A stretch of 64,000 nt of DNA from Camelus ferus (Eukaryota). The stretch is from assembly GCF_009834535.1 (NCBI RefSeq), contig NC_045697.1:74898001-74962000 (forward strand), read 5' to 3'. Positions 13,103-24,689 of this stretch are shown piece by piece (position 1 is the first letter of the stretch; every line of letters begins with the position of its first letter). The notes under the pieces were generated by a model, which had not been told where the DNA came from, ran no database searches, and was given only the letters and a program-made list of their open reading frames with translations. Made by a program: the position numbers and the translations under genes.

Positions 13103-13456
13103 TACTATGGACTGAATTGTGTCCTACCAAAATTCATTGTTCAAGCTCAATGTGATGATATTTTGAGGTGGGACCTTTGGGAGATTATTAAATTTCAGTG
13201 AGATAATGAGGGTGAAACCTTCATGATGGGATTAGTGCCCTTATAAGAAGAGACACTGGAGAGCTTTTTGTGCTTTCTCCTTGCCCCCTCCAAATGAGGA
13301 CATAAGAAGGAAGCCATCTGTGAGCCAGGAAGAGACCCTCACCAGAACCAGGATATACTGGCAGCCTGATCTCAGATTTCTAGCCTCCAGAACTGTGAGA
13401 AAATAAATTTTTGTTTATAACCACCCAGTATATGGAGGCCTGAGCAGATTAAGATA
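13103..13456 (+). mobile_element. MaLR solo LTR, MLT1A/MLT1B-like
   Basis: Starts tactatggactgaattgtgtcc and contains gatgggattagtgcccttataagaagaga and gcctccagaactgtgagaaaataaattt. Ends gcagattaagata. The host L1 sequence resumes on both sides. Confidence 0.9.
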
Positions 13457-13839
13457 CTTGGTATGATCAATCTTTTTAAATTTTAGATATTTTAATAGAT
13501 ATGTAGTGGTATCTCACTGTGGTTTTAATTTGCACTTTTTAAAATGACTAACAGCTTTGAATATCTTTTCATGTACTTATTTGACACCATGTATCTTCTC
13601 TTGTAAAGTGTGTGTTCAAATCATTTCCCCATTTTAAAATTGGGGTGTTTGCTTTCTTATTGTTGAGTTTTGATAGTTTGTCATATATTTTAAAACAAGT
13701 TCTTTATGTGATTTACAAATATTATCTTGCAGTGTAGTCTTTCAGTTTTCTTAGCAGTATCTTTTAAAGAGCAGAAATTCTTAATTTTGAGTAAGTCCAA
13801 TTTACTTTTATGGAGTATACTTTTGGTGGTAACTAAGAT

Positions 13840-14298
13840 ACCATTCCCTGTAGGAAATCAAAATGGTGCAACCACTTTGAAAAAGTCTGGTGGCTCCTTC
13901 AACAACTAAACATAGATTTATCTTAAGACCTTGCAATTTCACTTCTAGGTATAAACTTTATTGAGAGAAATTAAAACATGTCTACATAAACAGTTGCACA
14001 AAAGTGTTTATAACAGAACTATTCATAATAGTTAAAATATGAAATCAACCCAAATCCCCATAAATTAATGAATGGATAAACAAAATGTGATCCAATGGAA
14101 CATTATTTGGCCTAAAAAAAGAAATGAAATAATGACATATGCACAAAATGGATGAACTTTTAAAACAGTATGCTCAGTGAAAGAAATCAGTCACAAAAGA
14201 CCATATATTATATAATTCCATTCATATGAAATGCTCAGAATAGAGAAATCCATAGAGACAAAAAGTAGATTAGTGGTTGCTGAGGAGTTTGGATGGGG
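13840..14298 (+). mobile_element. Old L1 (L1MB/MC-like) 3' region, sense
   Basis: aaaatggtgcaaccactttgaaaa...atgctcagtgaaagaaatcagtcacaaaagaccatatattatataattccattcatatgaaatg...agtagattagtggttgc. Confidence 0.85.
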
Positions 14299-14299
14299 T

Positions 14300-14735
14300 T
14301 GATACTGCTTTTGGTTTACCATTTTCCTAGGTAAAGGTAGTTCTGATGGCTTCCACTTGGCCTTTCCCATCATAATAGCACTCACTTCACAGGTCAGGGA
14401 ACTAATATGGGAATTCTGCCAGTTAAGTATGTCAATTCCAATAATGCATTCTGGAACTGGGGAAATAAACCAAATGGGTCTGGGGACCCATTGAACTCAT
14501 TAAGAGATGGACCTGAGCTAAAATACAGTTGTTGAACTGACCTCTGTAACCCTAGACTTTGATTGATAGACCACAGTGATATTTTGGGTCTCCTGTAGTT
14601 AGTGTCATTTCACAGCCAGTGTCCTGTAGTCCCCCAAAATCTTATTATTCTCTTTTCCTCAATGTGCAGTTACACTGATAAAAGGCTATTGGTCTCATTG
14701 GGGAAGGCTGGGAGAAAGATTGACAGAATAAAGCA
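14300..14735 (-). mobile_element. ERVL internal fragment: aspartic protease to start of reverse transcriptase, degenerate
   Basis: The minus strand translates to GLQDTGCEMTLTTGDPKY (DTG at 14615-14623) and AIMMGKAKWKPSELPLPRKMVNQKQY. These match the ERVL pro/pol motifs LLDTGSELTLIPGDPK and AIMVGKAKWKPLELPLPRKIVNQKQY. Confidence 0.88.
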
Positions 14736-14736
14736 T

Positions 14737-15100
14737 TTTTTCCTTCTCCTTGAATATTGTTAGCTATTCTGGGTGTTTTGCTTCTCTATATAAACTTTAG
14801 AATCAGTTTAACAATAATCACAAAGTAACTTGTTCGGATTTCTACTGGGATTGCATTGAATCTATAGATCAAGGTGGAAAAAGTCCTAACATCTTGAAAA
14901 GATTGGGTTTTCCTATCTCTCAACTTGAAATATTTCTCCATTTATTTATTTGATATCTTTCGTTAGAATTCTATAGTTCTTTCATATAAATCTTGTGCAT
15001 AATTTGTTAGATTTATGTCTAATTATATCACTTTGGAGGGTGCTAATGTAAGTGGTAATGTGTTTTTAATTTAAAATTCCAGTTGTTCACTGCTAGTGTG
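14737..15100 (-). mobile_element. L1 ORF2 (post-RT) fragment, antisense arm of a 5'-inverted L1
   Basis: gggattgcattgaatctatagatcaag and ttagctattctgggtgttttgcttctctatataaactttagaatcag. Confidence 0.85.
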
Positions 15101-15102
15101 TG

Positions 15103-17015
15103 CCTAACAACAACACATCAAACTACTTGATTCAAAAACTCATAGTGCAAGAAATAATAGATAAATCCACTATTATAACTTGGAGACTTTAACACCCCTC
15201 TGTCAGATATGGACAGATCCAACAGGCAAAAAGTCAATAAGGGTGTAACTGAACTCAACAGCATAATTGTATAATTGACATCAATAGAATATTTTGAGAT
15301 TTTCAGATACTAATATATATAAAATAAATGACAAGTTTATACTGTATATAGCACAGGGAACTATATTCAATATCTTGTAGTAACTTATGGTGAAAAAGAA
15401 TATGAAAACAAATATATGTATGTTCCCATATGACTGAAACATTGTGTTGTACACCAGAAATTGACACATTATAAACTGACTATACGTTAATAAAAATATT
15501 TTTTAAAATAATAAATAAATATTTCAGCCAACAACAGTCAGAATATAAATTCTTCTCAAGTTCACCTGAAACATTCACCAAGACAGACTATGTCTGAACC
15601 ATAAAATGTACATTAACAAATTTAAAAGAATAAAAATTGTAAAATTACTTCTCTGAGACAACAATGGAATTAAACTAGAAACCAATAACAGGAAGCTAGC
15701 TGGAAAACCTTAAAGTATATGGAGGTTAAACAACAGACTTCCAAATAACCATGGGTCAAAGAATAAATCTCAAGGTAAAATTTTAAATATGTTGAACTAT
15801 GTGAGAATGAAAACATTTATTAAAATCTGTGGGATGCAGTAAAAGCAGTGCTTAAGAGAAATCTATAGAATGGAATATATATATATTAGAAAAGAAGGAG
15901 GATCTAAAATCAAAAACCTAAACTTCTACCTTGGGAAACTGGAGAAAAGGACAAATTAATTCCAAAGTAAGCAGAAGAAAAGAAATAATAAAAACTGGAG
16001 CATAAATTAATGAAATTAAAAAAAGAAGAGAGAAGACATAAGTTACTAACATCAGAAATGAAAGAAGGGACATCATTACAGCTCCCAAAGACATCAAAAG
16101 GATAATAAAAGAATGCTATGAATAACTCTATACCCACAAATTTAATAACCTGGGTGAAATGGACTAATTCCTTAGAAGACACAAAAAAATATTTGCCAAA
16201 GCTTACACAAGAAGAAACAGACAATCTAATAAGCCTATATCTATTAATAAATTGAACCATTAATTAATAACCTTCCAAAACAGAAGCACCAGGCCCATTC
16301 TACCAAACACTTGGCAAATTCTACCAAATATTTAAGGAAGAAATTATACCATTTCTCTACAATCTCTTCTAGGAAATAGAAGCAGAAGGACTTCTTCCTA
16401 ACTCATTTCATGAAACTAACATTATCCTAATACCAAAAGAAAAGAAATCTAGAGATCAATATCTCTCATGAACATAGATGCAAAAACCATCAAAATATTA
16501 GCACATCAAATTCAAGAATGTATAAAATAAAAAGAATTATACAGTGTGACTATGTGGATTTATTCCAGATGTGCAATGCTGGTTTGACATTCAAAAATCT
16601 AATAACGTAATCCATCACATCCACAGTCTAAAGAAGCAAAATCACATGATCATAGCAATAGATGCAGAAAATGCATTTGACAAAATCCAACACTGTTTAT
16701 GATAAAAACTCTCAGCACACCAGGAATAAAAGAAACTTCCTCAACTTGAGTTTTTAAAAATTTACAAAATCCTTCAGCCAACATCATAAACTTAATGGTG
16801 GGAAACTCGAAGATTTTCTGCTGAGATCAGGAACAAGGCAAGCATGTTCCCTCTCACCTTTTCAACATTATACTGGAATCCTTAGCTAATACAATGAAAC
16901 CAGAAAAGGAAATAAAAGGTATACATATTGAAAAGTAAGAAATAAAATTGTTTGCAAATAACATGATTGTCTATATAGAATATCCAAAAGAATAAACAAG
17001 AAAAAAAAAACCCTT
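15103..17015 (+). mobile_element. L1 ORF2 endonuclease-to-RT fragment (L1MA/MB-like), many stops
   Basis: ggagactttaacacccctctgtca (GDFNTPLS), atagatgcagaaaatgcatttgacaaaatccaaca ([11 protein letters not shown]), ggaacaaggcaagcatgttccctctcacc (GTRQxCPLSP-like), tttgcaaataacatgattgtctat (FADDM-like). Confidence 0.92.
15296..15520 (+). mobile_element. Young 5'-truncated camelid-type L1 3' UTR inserted into the older L1
   Basis: tatagcacagggaactatattcaatatcttgtagtaac...gtacaccagaaattgacacattataaactgactatac plus A-rich tail. Approximate aatattt target repeat on both sides. Confidence 0.88.
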
Positions 17016-17239
17016 CCTCATAAAATAACAATTAAACAAACATACAAACAGTAATCTGGAATCTGGTTTGGAGGACAACAGAAATTAGAGAGAAAAATGA
17101 AAGAAGGTTGGGTAACATGGTAGAATGTTGGAGTCCATGTTGGGGAAAAGGCACCCAGGACTTTTTAAGTACAGGGAACTCTAATATGTATGATGTTTTC
17201 TGCTATTAAGAGTTAAGGGAAGGACTTACCATTACCCTG

Positions 17240-17900
17240 AATTAATGAAAATTGCTAGTAATAAGTTTGCTCAGTCTTTTTTTTCTTTTTTGTGTGTAAA
17301 TATTTTTCTCACCTTAAATTTTGGATGGCATTTTTGCTATGTATAGAAATCTGTGTTGGAAATTGTTTTCTTTCATTTTGATATACTCAACTCATAACTT
17401 CCATTGTTTTTGTTGAAAAGTATTTTTTTTCTCCTTTGAAAGCAATGTGTGTGTTTTTCTCTAGCTGATTTTAAGGTTCTTTTAGAATTTAGTTTTCAGC
17501 ATTTTTACTATGACGTTCCTAGGTAAGATTTTCTTTTCTTTTTCTTATTTGATGCTCATAGAGCCTAGAAAATTTGTGACTTGATGGCTTCTTAAAATTT
17601 CCAAAATTTATTGTGCTGTATCTCTTTGAGTATTGCTTTCACTTCATTTTTTTTCTTCCTCTTATTCTGGTAGTCCAATTACATATATGTTAGACATTTT
17701 TACTATGCACAATATATCTCTTTTTATATATTTTTGTCCTTCCTCTCTTTTCCCCTTCAATCTGGATATTTTTTACTTTTCTATTTTTCCATTCAAAAAT
17801 CCTCTCTTCTTCACTGTCATCTGTTGTTAAATCCATCAATTAAATTAATTTTGGTTATTTTTCTTTTCAGTTCTGATATTTCCTTTTTATTAAATATTTC
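17240..17900 (-). mobile_element. Old L1 (L1ME-like) ORF1 region, antisense
   Basis: T-rich; ggcatttttgctatgtatagaaatctgtgttggaaattgttttctttca is the reverse of the ORF1 PRILYPAK block. Confidence 0.65.
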
Positions 17901-17914
17901 CCCATTATTAAAGT

Positions 17915-20285
17915 AATAACAGTCATTGGGAGAATTATTTTCTAGTGTACATGGAACATTTACCAAAATAACCCATATGCTGCTTTGTAGAAGAAATCCC
18001 AATAAATTTCAAAGTATTGAAATTCTAAAAATTATCTTCTCTTACTCAATGGAATTAAACTAGAAATACATTTAAAAGATTAACTAGAAAATCCAGGAAT
18101 GTTTGGAAATTAGTCAAAACCCTTTTCAATAACCACAGACGGAAAAAAAATCAATATAGAAATGAAAATATATTAGACCAACAGTGGTGAGAATATGATA
18201 TATCAAAAATTGTGGAATATAGCTAAAGTATTCAGTGGGACTTACAGACTTCATTGCATTTATTAGAAAAGAAAAATACTGAAAAATCAATTATATAAGC
18301 CTATATCTCAGTATGAAAAAGAAAAGCAAATTAAAACCAAAAAAGTAGAATGAGGAAATTAATGATGAAGTCAGAAGTTAATAAAGTAGAAAATAAAAAA
18401 AAGGAAGTTAATAAAGTAGAAGACAAACACAGAGCGATGGGAAGAGATGCACAGGGGACCGTAACAGCTGTTTATTTCTTCACTTGTTTGTGTCCTCCCA
18501 ACGCAGGCACCAGACATGGAGTGAAGAAGCCTTTGAGGGAATGACTCTTGCTCCAGCTACTGTCTGACTGAAAACCAGAATGAGAATTCTGGCTCAGCCC
18601 AGTCAGTTCCCAGATTTGTAAGGAAAAGAAATGATCATTATTGTTTTAAGTTACTGATTTGGGGTGATTTGTATATAGCAATACACAACCGAGCAGATTC
18701 AAAAAGTCAATATTGTATAGATGTCACTTTTCCCCAACAGATCCATAGATTCAATGTAATCTGAATGAAATGCTGGCAAGGTGTTTTGAGAGAAGTCAAT
18801 AAGATGATTCTAAAACTTTTGTGGACATACAAAGGGGCAAGAATAGCCAAGATGATCTTGAAAAACGAAGAATGAAAGTTGAAAATTTGAATTCCTAGAT
18901 GTCAAGATTTATTTTAAAGCTGTGGCAATTAAGACAGTATGGTATTGAGACAATAATAAATATACAGAACAATGGAGCAGGGAGCATAAAACATTTACAT
19001 ATACATCTGATTTACAATAAAAGTGCTATTGCAATGTGTTAAGAGAAAAGTTTTTTTTAAAATAAAAGGTACTGAATTAATTGTATATTCATAAAATAAT
19101 GAAATTTGATCACAGACCTCACAGCATACATCAAAATATAAAAGGTGAAACAAAAGAGTTAATACAGGATAACATCATCATGACTTTGAGAGGAGGCAAG
19201 GGCTTCTTAAATAGTACAATGATAGTGAAAGAAACATAAAACAGTGAAGGAAAGAGTGATCCGTTGGACTTCCTCAAAATTACCAAATTTTATTTATCAA
19301 AAGATATGAATGAGAGAAAAAAAACAAGTCATGTAATTGAGAAGATAAGTGAATATATTTAACAAAAAATTCATTTCCTTTATGTATATAAATTATACAA
19401 ATACATACAAAATAACGGATAAATTTAATGGGCATGACATTTTAATAGAAATCTCACCAAAAATCCATATATAAAATATATACATGAAAAGATGCTCAGC
19501 ATCATTATTTATCAGGCAAAAGCAAATTTTAAAAATCCTATAACATACAACTACAAGCCACCAGAATGGTATAAAAATCATATATATATATATATATGTA
19601 TTTAATTTTCTGGCTGGAAATCCACTCCATAACATTTAAAATATATATAAATAAAACAAGCATTGGCAATAATATGAAGTATTGTATATTTCATACACTG
19701 CTTTAAAAGTCATTTGTGAAAATATGTTTGGCAGCATCTGGTAAAGTTAAACTTACATATATCCTATGACTCACCATTTCCACTTCTAGGTCTATATACA
19801 TAGAAATGAACACATATTTGCACCAACATTCAAAAACATTCATGACAACATGATTTAAACTGGCTTAGTACTCAAACTGATTCAAATGTCCATCAAAATT
19901 ACAATTGATTGATAAACTATGGTGTATTTGTACAGTGCATGAACATGGCATGGGACAATAATTAATTTCTAGGCATGGAACACGGGTAAAATAATAAAGA
20001 TAATAGCAGTGTTATGATTACATTCATTTTAAATGTTATGGAGTGGATTTCCATCCAGAAAGAATCTCACAAATAACGTTCAATGATAAAATTCAGACAC
20101 TGAAAGTTCTTAGCTTAGAAGGTGGTGGTGATAACCACTGAGGGGATAAAGGTGCTAATAATGTTGTATTTTGATCCGAATGGTGGTTACAAGTGATCAG
20201 TATAAAAACTGGTACACTTAGCATTTGTGCACTTTAGAGTATGAATGGATGTTATGCTTCAACCCAAAAAGTAAAATTTGGAAAA
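17915..20285 (+). mobile_element. Old L1 (L1ME-like) ORF2 and 3' UTR fragments
   Basis: catggaacatttaccaaaataaccc, aatggaattaaactagaaat, ccatagattcaatgtaatc, aattaagacagtatggtattg, catgaaaagatgctcagcatcatt. Confidence 0.8.
18430..18697 (+). mobile_element. MaLR LTR 3' fragment (MLT1F-I-like)
   Basis: ttattgttttaagttactgatttggggtgatttgtatatagcaatacacaaccgagca is an MLT1 terminus. Confidence 0.65.
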
Positions 20286-22299
20286 TATAGTTCTGAGTCT
20301 TGCCAAAGAAGTACTTTTGGAAGTATATTTTATGTTTTTTAAGCAGAATAGTGAAAAAGATATTCCATATCTAGTTCTTACAGGGAAGAATCTTTTTGTA
20401 TATTCTGTGTTTCTACTAAAGAGATCATTTTGAGAAATCATGGTTATATATAATTTAGTAGATCATTAATCACATAAATAAATCTATTTTTAGTTTTGTA
20501 GTGGCAAAATAAATCAATAAATCCTGTACTAAAGAAAGTCAGGAAACATCTCAAGGGGAACAGAAACTACTAAATGGTGGTTTCACTAATTATTGCATTT
20601 TCCTAAATACGTCCTTTATATCCAAGGGAAAAATTACTCACTCTGAATTTTTCTTTAAGTCTCAATAGTGTAATTGAATTGTAATTTAAAGTCCCATTGT
20701 TTTTCAGTCCTTCTTAAAACACTTTCTGGAAATAAATCTGTATGAAAATAGCAGCCAAGTATCCATAGTATTATGATTACATTCATTTTAAATGTTATGG
20801 AGTGGAGTTCCATCCAGAAAGAATTTACCAAGATATCTTAAAGTTACAAAAGGGAGAAACCACTGTCTTAAATTTAGAATCCAATAGAAAATTATGAACT
20901 ATAAATTAAGAACCAAAATCCTTCAAGCTCCTCATTCTTTATGGCTATCACAGAGTTCCAACTCTTAAATGCTGCATTAAAAGAAATTTATTCCCCAAAT
21001 TCCTCAGAATAACTTTTGATGTTTGTTTAAACAAGCTTCTATTTACCCAGAAGAGTGTTCAAAGTCAAATTTCCTTTGAAAAACAAAGACTTTAAAAGAA
21101 AGGAAAAGTTTTCATTGCTCTCAAAATTGGGAGGGAAAGCTGTTAGAAGTTTAATGAAATGTAACACCTCTAAAGTTATTCCATTCTTGTTTAAAATCGC
21201 AGGTACAACTTGTAACCAGAGCATACTTGAATTTAATTTGATTCAGAGTGACTTAATTTAGAAGTGCACAGTCACTTTCATATTTGAGTTCCCACAATTT
21301 TAAATAATGATAATATCCAAGGAAGTAGACTTAAAATATGCTAGCTTTGGTGGTGGGATAGACTCCTGTTAATTCTTGATTTAAAATGAGATTCTGATTA
21401 AATTTATTTGGCTTCCAAATCACAAGATTTCTATAATGCTCATGTTATCTCCTCAGGGTTACTTTAAAATTACATTTTTTAGTGATGTTTAACCCGATAA
21501 ACAAGGAAAAAATAATCTCTCATATGAAATTATAAATGAGAAACAGTAGATGGAAAGTGATCTGCAAGCTCAATATACTGGCTCCTTCAAAGGGTAATAA
21601 ACAAGAGACAGAAATAATTCTCCTTAAGATAATTAGTTGATGGAAACTACAAAATCCACTGAGGTCTACTAAAAAATATTTTTAACTACTCTATAGGAAT
21701 TTCTTTATGATGTAACATAAAATTTCAAGATGTGATCATTCAAAATCTGTTATCATGATTGTTTTCACTTCAGATACCAATTTAAAAATAAGTTATATGA
21801 AAGATGTGCTTTTACTAGGTGTGCATTTTTGATCTCCAAAGATAAAGAAATATACTTAAAATTATTATTTACACAGTAAATGTGGTTTTTTTCTAAAGCT
21901 GTTTATTGTGTGTGTGCGGATACTTAGGTACATGTATAACATAGGAGGAAACAGGAGGCATGAGGAGCTGGATCCTTATACTACAACCACTTTTTCCTTA
22001 ACTGGGGCAAAACTCTTTACCAAGCTGAAGCATGGTGCTACAGATTTCTCCTGTGTGTATGTGATCTTTTCATCTTTCTGCTAGTTGTTTTGTTTCATTT
22101 TGTTTTGAGGGATACTTCCTCATTCTTGTTGCTTAAATGTAATAAATGTCAATCACTTAATTTCCAGTTTTCATTCAAGTGTGCTGTTAGTTTGTTACCA
22201 TGAATCCAAAGCTCTTCACTGATACCTGATGTCCAACACAGAATTTCTCCCAATTGACATGGTAATATTTTGCTTCTCAAATGGCATTAGTTCACTTAT

Positions 22300-22470
22300 T
22301 TTAAATTATAATTATTTACTTGTCTTATTTCCTCTCACATACTGGTAACTCATACAGGAGTGTATCTATATTAGAAGCAATATTAAAAACCCCTAGAAGG
22401 TAGAATTTTTGCTTAATTCATCTTTGTATGCTTCAGTACCAAGCCCTGTGCCCAGCACATACTAATGAAC
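22300..22470 (+). mobile_element. L2 3' fragment
   Basis: ttcatctttgtatgcttcagtaccaagccctgtgcccagcacatac. Confidence 0.5.
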
Positions 22471-22899
22471 ACACATCCATCTATCTATTGAGGTATTCCC
22501 AATTTGAAAGAAAGTGGTGTTGTTTCAAATGTTCATTTAGTTTTTAGAAATCTGATTATTATATTTCCAGGCTGGCTTATAAAGTCTGCTTTTACCCATT
22601 GTCTGAAATACTTCTGATTCTAAAGAAAAAAAGTAAAAACAAACAAACAAACAATACCACTGCAAAAATAAAGATGAAAGTATGGAAAAATAAAATTGAA
22701 TTAAAAAATTGTGCATAATCTGGAGCAGTTGTATTTGAGGAATTTTATGTTTAATCTGTGAAAATGAAAAGCTGAAAGACTTTTGAAAATTCTTAGTGTT
22801 AACATTTTTAGAGGTTGAAAGAACCGGCCCTTTATTGTGTTTAATTCAACTTCAAAGTTTGTGAGTTTTCCTTTGTTTTATGTAGTGAATTCTTATTTT

Positions 22900-23495
22900 T
22901 CTGTTCTCCTGCTCTGCCAGTTTTTAGCTGTGTGACCTTAGGCATGTTACTAAACCTCTCTTTGCCTCAGTGGACTCTGAAAAAAATGGGGATAATAGTA
23001 ACTGTGTTAGTGTGTTGTGAGGATTAAATGAATTAACAGATATAAACCACTTAAAATAGCATTTGGCATACATTAAGTGCTTCTTTTTTTCCACTTTGAT
23101 GTCATTTATTTTCATTATTTACAACTTTAGGGTTTTTTTTTTTAAGGGAAGTATAGTCAGTTTGCAATGTGTCAATTTCTGGTGTACAGCATAAAGTTTC
23201 AGTCGTACATATATATACATACGTTCATTTTATATTCTTTTTCATTATGGTTACTACAAGATATTGAATATAGTTCCCTGTGCTATACAGTAGAAACATT
23301 CTTTATCTGTTTTATATATAGTAGTTGTTGTCTGCAAATCTCAAACTCCCAATTTATCCCTTCCCATCCCCTTCCCTCCTGGTAACCATAAGTTTGTTTT
23401 CTATGTCTTTGAGTCTGTTTCTGTTTTGTAAATAAGTTCATGTTTGTCTTTTTTAGATTCCTAAGTGCTTCTTAATTGTTGGATATTATTATTAC
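22900..23495 (+). mobile_element. MIR SINE split by an L1 insertion at 23086-23461
   Basis: gctgtgtgaccttaggcatgttactaaacctctctttgcctcagt...gttgtgaggattaaatga...taagtgct; the MIR tail tattattatt resumes after 23473. Confidence 0.88.
23086..23461 (-). mobile_element. Young 5'-truncated camelid-type L1 with 12-bp TSD and probable 3' transduction
   Basis: TSD taagtgcttctt at 23074-23085 and 23462-23473. Antisense 3' UTR (aagatattgaatatagttccctgtgctatacag). Two poly-T tracts. Confidence 0.93.
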
Positions 23496-23766
23496 TTGTC
23501 TCTTTCTGACTGCTTATATACTAGGTACTCTTTAACTATTTGTCACATTCCATCTTGTTTTCTAGTTATTTATGTAATGTCCCATTTACCTTACAAGATT
23601 TTAATCTCTCTGTAGGCAGAGGATAGTTTCTATTACACAAACCATTAAGGCATGTTATAGCATCCATGTGCAATAAATGTTTATTTCAATAACTTTTTTG
23701 TTGTCATTTCAAAGTAAAAGAAGACTAAGACAGATGTAACTTTCTTAGGGAATTATGTAAGTGTGG

Positions 23767-24253
23767 TGAGATGGTTAATGTATTAACTTGACTGGGCTAA
23801 GTGATGCCCAGATAACTGGTAAAATATGATTTCTGGGTGTGTCTGTGAGGGTGTTTCCTGTAGAATTTAGCTTTGAATCAGTAGACTGAGTAAAGAAGAT
23901 CACCCTCACTAATGTTAGTGGGCATCATCCAATCCATTGAGGGCCTGAATAGAAAAATAGTCAATTTACTGTCTCTTCTTGAACTGGGACATCATCTTCT
24001 CCTGTCCTTAGACATTGGTACTCCTGCTTCTAGGGCTTTTGGACCCAGACCAGGACTCTATACCATCAGCCCCCTGATACTCAGGCCTTCAGACTGGGAC
24101 TGAATTGTATGACTGGCTCCCCCAGTTCTCCAGATGGCAGACTGTGGGACTTCTCAGCTTCCATAACCATGTGAGCCAATTCCTATAGTAAATGTTGTCT
24201 TACACATATCTATATATCTTATATTGGTTCTGTTTCTCTGGAGAACCCTGATT
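23767..24253 (+). mobile_element. ERVL solo LTR, MLT2B/C-like
   Basis: aacttgactgggctaag..gatgcccagataactggtaaaa...ctgggtgtgtctgtgagggtgtttc...attggttctgtttctctggagaaccctga. Confidence 0.92.
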
Positions 24254-24689
24254 GTGGGTACCTCTGAGTGAAGGTCTGCCTGTGGAAGAATTTGCTGCTG
24301 TGAAAAATAAGAGGCGACCTAGGGGTCAACATCATAGGGCTATATGACACTTGGTTTAGCTGTGGGACTTTTCAGATTTTTCATGGAACATCTATTCCAG
24401 GTGACAATTAAGGAATTCGAGTAAAACTAATGTGTTTGGTTTCAGTTCAAATGTACAATGGAAATGCCTCCTATTTCTTTCTTCTCCTCTCTTTCCTCTA
24501 ATTCTTCAAAAAATTAGAGGCAGGTTATATAACCTTGGTCTTCCCCTGAATCTATTGCTGGGGATATTCAAAAGCATTCCTTAGTACCTTGTGAGGTTTA
24601 AAGTACAAACACTTAAAAAATATGAAAGGCGACCCAATAGGACCCCTTTAGGAATCTTTTTATAAGCTTTAGAGTCCTTTCAAAATGTG

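Larger units (their letters stand above)
12315..13838 (-). mobile_element. Old L1 (L1MB/L1MC-like) 3' end, interrupted by an MLT1 LTR and a microsatellite-containing insert
   Basis: tttattcaggtccagttgacatatgatcaattgcacatatttaaagtatacaa (antisense 3' UTR) and gtagtggtatctcactgtggttttaatttgca (antisense ORF2 end). Confidence 0.85.

Noticed and set aside
14191..14385. 64-aa ORF with retroviral-like N-terminus
   Set aside because: Chimeric read-through from the ERVL fragment into antisense L1; not an intact gene.
15910..16260. 116-aa hydrophobic ORF
   Set aside because: Antisense reading of A-rich L1 ORF2 gives spurious F/L/S-rich peptides.
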